From a virus: a stretch of 64,000 nt of DNA. The translations under genes and the position numbers were made by a program. Position 1 is the first letter of the stretch; each line of letters opens with the position of its first letter. The notes below the pieces were generated by a model. That model did not search any database. It was not told the DNA's origin and worked only from the letters and a program-made list of their open reading frames with translations. Positions 57,713 through 64,000 of this stretch are shown one piece after another. The stretch is taken from positions 1 through 64,000 of IMG/VR virus record IMGVR_UViG_3300034200_001185, one strand, 5' to 3'.

Positions 57713-57884
57713 TTATTCCTTTTCTTCTATATTCTTATCACGACTTTTTACGCATTTTTGTAAATTGCGTAATAACACAATATCGTATAGAATGTAAGCT
57801 AAAGACGCATACCTGGCGCATTCGCACCATCCATCCACCAAACCTCTGCGTCTATGTATTATCACATTTAAACGGAGTTATTTT

Positions 57885-58352
57885 ATGTACAACAGAGTAA
57901 TACTTGGCGGTATAGGCGGAGCAGGTCTAGGCGCTTTAAAAGCGTCAAAACAAAACGCAGTTCTTAAGAAAATGGATAACGAAACAGATGACGAATTTAA
58001 GGCTAGAAAGCGTATGAATATTATAACTGGCACGGGTCTAGGCGCAGGTCTAGGTGCAGGTGCGGTACACGGCATTACTACGAAAAATCAGATGCAAACA
58101 GGCGGTATGATAGCGGGGTTACTTAGCGGTGAGATTGCGTCGTCAGGCGGATCATATAGCCTTAAAGATATGGACGCGGAGAATCAACAAGCGCTTATTA
58201 ATAGACAACGTGCGTTTGGAGCCGGTGGCGCATTACTTGGTGGAACAGCCGGTAGAATGATTGGTAGCGATAAGATACCCGGCTTAAATAAAAAAGCCTC
58301 CCACGAAGAGAGGCTTATTCATCTGCTATCTAGCAATCATCGTAAGTACTAA
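57885..58352 (+). CDS. Gly-zipper membrane protein
   Basis: Several GxGxG helices; NKKAS near the C-terminus. SD GGAG. Confidence 0.65.
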   Translation: MYNRVILGGIGGAGLGALKASKQNAVLKKMDNETDDEFKARKRMNIITGTGLGAGLGAGAVHGITTKNQMQTGGMIAGLLSGEIASSGGSYSLKDMDAENQQALINRQRAFGAGGALLGGTAGRMIGSDKIPGLNKKASHEERLIHLLSSNHRKY

Positions 58353-58837
58353 CGAATATTATTTACAACTACTCTAGTACCTGTATTATAAGCACGAACA
58401 GCACGAATGCTACGGTCTCTATCGTCGTTGTACCTACGTTCCATAGCAGCTTCACGAAGAATCTTGGATCGAACTTGTGGCGGGGACATCTTAGCAGCTT
58501 GTTGGGCGTTTAGGATATCTTGCTTGTGCTTAGCAGCGACTAGCGTACCTATTGCAGCACCCAACACGGCTCCAGTACCTGCAGCTAGTAGGCGTTTTTG
58601 AGGCGTCGCCATTAAAGCTAAGCCACCTGCACCGACAGCGCCCATAGCTAATCCGTGATTAAGTTTCGATGGAATTGGTTCTTTAGACAACATAGAGTTG
58701 TAATCTCTAAACGCATTTACGCGTTCTTTGAGAGGAACATCCTCCGACATATAAGCCGCATAAGCCTCGCCCATAAGATCGTGCTTATGACTAGCGTACT
58801 TAGTTAGCGTAGTATATCCGTGTCTAACGAATTCCAT
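58349..58837 (-). CDS. K-x-A leader, Gly-zipper membrane protein
   Basis: LTKYAS; two hydrophobic helices. Confidence 0.65.
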   Translation of the reverse strand: MEFVRHGYTTLTKYASHKHDLMGEAYAAYMSEDVPLKERVNAFRDYNSMLSKEPIPSKLNHGLAMGAVGAGGLALMATPQKRLLAAGTGAVLGAAIGTLVAAKHKQDILNAQQAAKMSPPQVRSKILREAAMERRYNDDRDRSIRAVRAYNTGTRVVVNNIR

Positions 58838-58839
58838 AA

Positions 58840-59355
58840 TTATCTCTTTTTCTTATTACGATTGTAGAGATAAGCGCCACCACCTAGAGCGGCTACACCG
58901 GCGCCTGCGCCATATGCACCCTTGTGAGCAGCGATATGTTTACCGGCAGAAGCCAAACCAGCTTTAGCACGAGCAAGATACCCACTAGCACCACCGCCAT
59001 CAGCTGCTCCTAATTCTGGGTGAAGCGCATTATAGGCTTCTCGACCACGAACGTTTTCTAGCTTGTTAAGGTACGCTGCTGTGTCTTTTGAATGCTCTCC
59101 GCCCTTTCTACCAGCGAGGTAGTTAGCTTGGTGCTTTGTATAAGCACCTAGCCCGGATGCCTTGGCCTCTCTGTACATTTGCATCTTTACCTTGTCGTCA
59201 GCTTCTTGAAACTTCTTACTTCCCAAAAGGCTTTGCAACTTAGCTTGTACCTTTCTGTCCGCATTAGCTCTAGTACCGAAATCTTCCATTTCGGTTATAT
59301 AGTCTGCTACCTTTTCCATGACTAAATCGTCTAAATATTCTTGAAAGAAACTCAT
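58840..59355 (-). CDS. K-x-A leader, tail-anchor protein
   Basis: Start re-called to MSFFQEY (SD AGGAG). VMEKVAD; GAGAGVAALGGGAYLYNRNKKKR. Confidence 0.7.
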   Translation of the reverse strand: MSFFQEYLDDLVMEKVADYITEMEDFGTRANADRKVQAKLQSLLGSKKFQEADDKVKMQMYREAKASGLGAYTKHQANYLAGRKGGEHSKDTAAYLNKLENVRGREAYNALHPELGAADGGGASGYLARAKAGLASAGKHIAAHKGAYGAGAGVAALGGGAYLYNRNKKKR

Positions 59356-59387
59356 AATATTTTCTCCTATGTTTGTGATATATGCCG

Positions 59388-59417
59388 ATGATATACCCAA
59401 TATGCTAACATTGTCAA
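59388..59417 (-). promoter_or_regulatory. Sigma70-like promoter
   Basis: TTGACA-18-TATCAT on the - strand. Confidence 0.5.
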
Positions 59418-59459
59418 GTAAATGCTTTATGTAATTTTTATTTTAATGGCTAAGAATTG

Positions 59460-60209
59460 TCAAACATCTTTTAGCTTATTCTTAACCTTTCGTTTTAAAT
59501 CGTTCATAGGTTTGCTAGTATAAGCGTTAATTCCATGCTTAAACTCTTCAGATTCTAAAAAGTTTTTAATGTTTTTATTGATTACCTTTCGGTCTTTTTC
59601 CATGGGAGCCTCGTGGTGGAAATAGAAACCGCTAGTTTTCGTGAGCTTATCTTTGTCGTCGTACCCAGTCCCAAACGTTTTTCCAGCTAGGTAGGCAGCT
59701 GGTACGCCAGTAACAAAAGTACCGGCTCCGACAATAGCACTATTCTTAGCGCCTAAACCTTTAACAAAGCCTAACGGTGATTTTGCCAACGCTTTATACA
59801 TATCCTTCCTAGACATGAATTCCAAATCACCTCCTTTCCTACGTAGGTATTCCAATCCTAACGCAGCTCCTGCAGGCGTAGCTGCCCAACCGGCAGCTTG
59901 ACCGGCTGCAGCCCCTACGGCTTTGTTTTCGATGCCTTCATCGGCCCCAAGAGCTCCAAGAGCTGCGCTAGTAAATGCTTGCTTTTTAAACATAGATTTA
60001 TCTCCACGATTTTCAGACACAAGCCTAAATCGTATATTGCTTTTGTCATTTGTGCCACCGTTTTTAAGCGGTGTGATGTGATCTATTTCGTGACCTTTTG
60101 GTACTTCGCCTTTAAGGCGACGATTCCAAAGATTACGCATAGCTCTTTTTTTCTTTGCGTCAACAGACGCATGATCTCTTGCGTATTCTTTTTTATAATC
60201 ACGTGTCAT
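59460..60209 (-). CDS. HNH-domain protein fused to a Gly-zipper membrane module
   Basis: EIDHITPLKNGGTN..NIR..SENR, then KKQAF, membrane helices, TKTSG. Confidence 0.7.
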   Translation of the reverse strand: MTRDYKKEYARDHASVDAKKKRAMRNLWNRRLKGEVPKGHEIDHITPLKNGGTNDKSNIRFRLVSENRGDKSMFKKQAFTSAALGALGADEGIENKAVGAAAGQAAGWAATPAGAALGLEYLRRKGGDLEFMSRKDMYKALAKSPLGFVKGLGAKNSAIVGAGTFVTGVPAAYLAGKTFGTGYDDKDKLTKTSGFYFHHEAPMEKDRKVINKNIKNFLESEEFKHGINAYTSKPMNDLKRKVKNKLKDV

Positions 60210-62209
60210 TATGAACCGCCTTGATAGGGTGTAGGTTGTTGCGAATTGCCTGAGTTGGCATATAAGTACCCAGCGCCAAGTAAACCAGCGCCTGCAGCGA
60301 TAGGCATACCGTAACCGCCAAACATGTTATTGTTAGATGCTTGCTGATTCTGCTTTCCGGCAACGGACATATCACGTTGTTGAGCGGTCGCCTGATTTTG
60401 CGTATTGATTGTATTTTGTCTTACTTGATTTTGATTTAACGGAGCTGTTTGCGTTGCTTGGTTAAACTGCTTAAGTTCTGGACCTTTTAAGGTTTGCGCT
60501 TGAGTTTGTATAGCACTGCTTTGAGTAGCTTGTAGCGGTGTAGTAGTTATAGGATTTTGATTGATTGAGGAGAATCTAGGATCGACTGCACCTTGTACGT
60601 TACCTGTGTATTTAAAGGCGATTTGTTGATCGGGTGTTAGTGGTATGTTTTGCAAAGGAGATTGAGTAGGCGCTTTAAAGTTAGCACGTGCTTGAGTTAA
60701 AGCCGCATCCATATTAGCTGCTTGACCGCCTTGTAATAACTGTTGTGCGTTTTGTTGAATCGCTTGCTGGTTTTGTTGCAATAGCTGTTGTTGCGCAAAT
60801 TGCTGTTGTTGCTGAGCTTGTTGAAGAGCGAATTGTTCTTGGTTCATTACTTGTTGTCCAGCTTTATTTGCATTACTTGCATACTGAGAGTACTGCTTAT
60901 TCATCGCATTTTGAGCGTTTTGCATTTCTTGCCCAAAAGCGTATTGCCCCTTACCGTATTGCAAATCTTGCGCTAAGTTTTGTACTTGCTTACCGCCTAC
61001 TTCGCTTCCAAACATACCGCCAGCTTGTCTACCACCACCTATACTATTTCTAACCTGAGATTGTAATTGCGACTGTGCAACAAATTCTTGCGCTGTTCCG
61101 TATGGATTGTTCTTTTGAAACGACTTAAACGCTTGCATCATTTTTGGATCTGCAGTACCGCCTGTTATCGCCTCAGCTTGAGATAATACGTTCTTATCTT
61201 TTAACAGCGAGTTATATTGCTTTTGTAACGCACCTTCCTGAATAGCTTGTTGTTCAACTAACGATCCACCAGTAAGTTTATTGCCGTTGTTATATTGTGC
61301 TGGTGTCGCACCTTTAGCTTTATACGTACCACCTATATTTTTTCCTCCTAGCGTATACTCAGCTTTTGCTCTAAGTTCTGGGGAAGAATTAAATTCCTTG
61401 GATACTTCTGTTGCCCTTTCGTTCATTTTAGCCTTTAAGTCGTCAAACTGTTTTTGCCTACTTGGGTCTATTTGACCGTTAGCTGGTTTATTAGCCTTTA
61501 GCGCTTTATATTCCTCACGAAGTTTCATCATCTGCGGATCCGTGTTTATGGCAGTCCTTTGTACGTCTTTGGCAGTAGTAGTTGTCGCAGCTTGTTGCTT
61601 TGCTGTTGCACGTTCTATTACTGCCTGATCGCCCTTATTTACGGATCCTATAACTTCGTCTGTACGCAATTTTTGTTTTTGTTGTAAGCTTTTAATTTCG
61701 TTTTGAATTTGCTTCGCTTGTTCCGGCGAAGCATCTTGTAATTTTTTACTTAACACCTTTTGCTCTTTACGAAGGGCAAGCAACTGTTCGTCAGAATTAA
61801 TAGCAGCGCGATTTAACGCTTGACCTTCAGATACAGCGCCCTTACCTTTTTGTATGGAGTATGATTTCTTAAATTGATCCTGTACTGTCTTTTCATGCAC
61901 AGCCATATCCTGGCGTATTGCCGCAATTTGTTTGTCTACCTCAACTTTAGCTAATGCCCTATCTTTCGGATGCATAGACTTTAGCGAACTACGTAATTCG
62001 TTGATCTTAGCTTGAGATGCGTCTAAAGCCTGTTTAGCCTCTTTGCCCGCATTGTTAAGACTTGCTCTTGCAAAAGATTTAGCTTCAGATTTTGCTATAT
62101 TACCTCCGGTAGCGCCTACGGCCTTTTGTACGCCGGCTAAGCTAAACGCTCTTTTTTCTAAGTAAGTTACGGCTTTATAAATTCTTGCTAATTTTGTTAA
62201 ACGACTCAT
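60209..62209 (-). CDS. Large coiled-coil/Gln-rich K-x-A leader, tail-anchor protein
   Basis: LTKLAR, YLEKRAF; repeated AIN(S/T)D module; PIAAGAGLLGAGYLY. Confidence 0.7.
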   Translation of the reverse strand: MSRLTKLARIYKAVTYLEKRAFSLAGVQKAVGATGGNIAKSEAKSFARASLNNAGKEAKQALDASQAKINELRSSLKSMHPKDRALAKVEVDKQIAAIRQDMAVHEKTVQDQFKKSYSIQKGKGAVSEGQALNRAAINSDEQLLALRKEQKVLSKKLQDASPEQAKQIQNEIKSLQQKQKLRTDEVIGSVNKGDQAVIERATAKQQAATTTTAKDVQRTAINTDPQMMKLREEYKALKANKPANGQIDPSRQKQFDDLKAKMNERATEVSKEFNSSPELRAKAEYTLGGKNIGGTYKAKGATPAQYNNGNKLTGGSLVEQQAIQEGALQKQYNSLLKDKNVLSQAEAITGGTADPKMMQAFKSFQKNNPYGTAQEFVAQSQLQSQVRNSIGGGRQAGGMFGSEVGGKQVQNLAQDLQYGKGQYAFGQEMQNAQNAMNKQYSQYASNANKAGQQVMNQEQFALQQAQQQQQFAQQQLLQQNQQAIQQNAQQLLQGGQAANMDAALTQARANFKAPTQSPLQNIPLTPDQQIAFKYTGNVQGAVDPRFSSINQNPITTTPLQATQSSAIQTQAQTLKGPELKQFNQATQTAPLNQNQVRQNTINTQNQATAQQRDMSVAGKQNQQASNNNMFGGYGMPIAAGAGLLGAGYLYANSGNSQQPTPYQGGS

Positions 62210-62254
62210 ATCGTATACCCCTATTTTATGTATACGATGAATATATACTAAAAA

Positions 62255-64000
62255 TTATTTGTTCGCTATAAATTCACAAGCGCCACCTGAACATGCGACA
62301 GACATATTTGAAACGATTTCATCTTCAGCTACTACGTCAAAGTAATCCGCGTCATTCCAATTTAAACGTAATTGATTCCACGTATTAAGCGATTCTTGAA
62401 CTCTTGTTAAATCTCTAGAAGAGTCGAAATCACTTACTGATCTAAACGGTGGTTGGTCGTAGTCATAATCACCGCTTGCGGATATTAACGAAATGCCATT
62501 TAAGAAATTACGGTTTTCCCAAATATACTCTTGAACAATTTCCCATTCGTCATTTCTCACTACACATGTATTTGACACGTTGTGATGCAAAGCCTCCACG
62601 CGTTCTACGCCCACGCCATTTCGTACCCAATTTGTTTGAGTAAGTTTTACGAGTTCTAAAAAGTCCTTCGCACTTAAATCCGACTTTACAAGCGCATCGT
62701 CTCCGACTTCGATTGGAAACATGACGCATTGATCATTTACGCCAGGTGCTGACCAAACACTAGGTACTACTGCGTGTGGGTTTGTTTGTTTAAACGCTTG
62801 TAATACTGGATTAGTTTCGTTTACTTGTACATGTCTTAAATAACGTTTTGAATGTTCGGGATGAATACCAGAGGCACAACCAAGTAAGACAGCTGCGTTA
62901 CCGCTAGGCTTTACGCAAGTAACTCTACTAGCTTGTGGTATATTAAGTAATTTAGCGTAAACTTTATTTGCGTTAACTGCATAATCAGCTGCTTGTTTTT
63001 GCCATTCCGCATTAAACGCAATATCTTTTCGATTTGCCATACCGGTTAAACTTACGCCAATTAAACTTTCTCTCTGTAGAATCTGTTCAGATACAGGGCC
63101 GAGGTAATCGCTTTTAATATATGTTGCTTGGATTGTTCCTAAAAAGGACGCAAGTACTACTGCTGATAGCGCTTGTTCTCTCGTTGTAAACTTAGCGCAG
63201 TTTACCTCGGTTAGATTACAAGCTTGCCAACCGCTATCATATGTATACCCCATACGTTCATACTTACTCTGATTATCAAGTATGTCGAGTGTGTACTTTT
63301 CTACAACGTTTCCAAGTTCATCTCGAATAAGCGTAGGTACCATACCTATTTCACAACACGGATTATATAAGAATTGTTTAGATTCGCTAATCACAAATCC
63401 GGGCTCCCCGAATTCCTTTGTGCTCTTAAATAATTTAAGGTAAGTATCTTTCGATGTGTTTGGTAGAATAACTGCAGATATATTTGCTCTACCGCGTTGT
63501 GGATTATCTACAAACCAATTACCGGTTTTACATGTAGCCATTTCGGTGTCATGCGCATCAAACAACACAATACAAGCTGCGCGTCTTACACCGCCAGCTA
63601 ACACTGCGTTTGAAATATGCATGACAATGTCAAAGCAGTCAATACTACGTAATCTAGTTCTGTTTCTAACAATACAAGTATCGAATAGATTACTAATTCT
63701 CTCAATACACATCTTAAGCGGTTCTGGGCCGGGTGCTAAACCGCCGATACTGATCTGACTACCTTTCTCTCGAATCTTTGAAAAGTCGAAGATTGGGTAT
63801 GTATCTCGTTGATTAAAATAAAAGCTAATAAGAGCGCCTACTGCGTCTGCCCAACCTTCGATTGTATCTTCTACAACGAATGGCTCTACCTTGCACTTTA
63901 TATCGGAACGAATGCTTGGTAGTTTATCAACGTGTACGCTTTGTACGCTAAAGCCAACGCCACATCCGCAAAGCAATAACCAAAAAGCCTCTTGGAAAAA
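62255..64000 (-). CDS. nrdJ: Class II (B12-dependent) ribonucleoside-triphosphate reductase, monomeric type (5' partial)
   Basis: LCGCGVGFSV, GGLAPGPEPL, GGVRRAACI, NPCCEI, CNLTEVN, TCVKPSGN, C-terminal ACSGGACE. Confidence 0.93.
   Translation of the reverse strand, partial: FFQEAFWLLLCGCGVGFSVQSVHVDKLPSIRSDIKCKVEPFVVEDTIEGWADAVGALISFYFNQRDTYPIFDFSKIREKGSQISIGGLAPGPEPLKMCIERISNLFDTCIVRNRTRLRSIDCFDIVMHISNAVLAGGVRRAACIVLFDAHDTEMATCKTGNWFVDNPQRGRANISAVILPNTSKDTYLKLFKSTKEFGEPGFVISESKQFLYNPCCEIGMVPTLIRDELGNVVEKYTLDILDNQSKYERMGYTYDSGWQACNLTEVNCAKFTTREQALSAVVLASFLGTIQATYIKSDYLGPVSEQILQRESLIGVSLTGMANRKDIAFNAEWQKQAADYAVNANKVYAKLLNIPQASRVTCVKPSGNAAVLLGCASGIHPEHSKRYLRHVQVNETNPVLQAFKQTNPHAVVPSVWSAPGVNDQCVMFPIEVGDDALVKSDLSAKDFLELVKLTQTNWVRNGVGVERVEALHHNVSNTCVVRNDEWEIVQEYIWENRNFLNGISLISASGDYDYDQPPFRSVSDFDSSRDLTRVQESLNTWNQLRLNWNDADYFDVVAEDEIVSNMSVACSGGACEFIANK

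Noticed and set aside
1-64000. Stop-codon reassignment
   Set aside because: Code 11 gives full-length conserved genes with TAA, TAG and TGA all used as stops, and there is no suppressor tRNA.
8757-64000. Inteins or introns in terL, thyX or nrdJ
   Set aside because: Lengths and motif spacing look normal, with no Hint or LAGLIDADG signatures in the visible parts.

Overview
The window is a 64-kb segment of a large tailed phage with a contractile tail (myovirus). It uses the standard genetic code and GGAG-type Shine-Dalgarno (SD) sites. No integrase, CRISPR array or IS element was seen. Positions 1-27.9 kb (mostly + strand) hold the 3' part of a cellular-type RNA polymerase gene in which the beta C-terminus is fused to a complete beta'. 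After it come a spike-like gene, terminase large subunit, prohead protease, scaffold-like proteins, major capsid, neck proteins, tail sheath and tail tube. Positions 28-46.6 kb mix nucleotide/repair genes (thyX, dCMP deaminase, DenV-like) with many low-complexity or multi-domain proteins. Positions 46.7-57.7 kb are a - strand block of small early-type genes separated by repeated regulatory cassettes, and two tRNAs lie at its right end. The window ends in a class II ribonucleotide reductase. Main observation: over 20 proteins carry a K-x-A motif (strongest form hydrophobic-E-K-x-A, three times as F-x-DELEKIA). The motif ends short N-terminal leaders, brackets the protease domain and separates unrelated enzyme domains inside apparent polyproteins. 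I infer a capsid address tag and maturation-protease site that loads enzymes and tail-anchored membrane proteins into the virion. A second layer is non-coding: a phage-type GTGATAA promoter motif, a conserved terminator-like arm, a CG-RATA-CG hairpin and a thrice-repeated structured 5' leader. All family calls come from motif recognition by eye; no searches were run.
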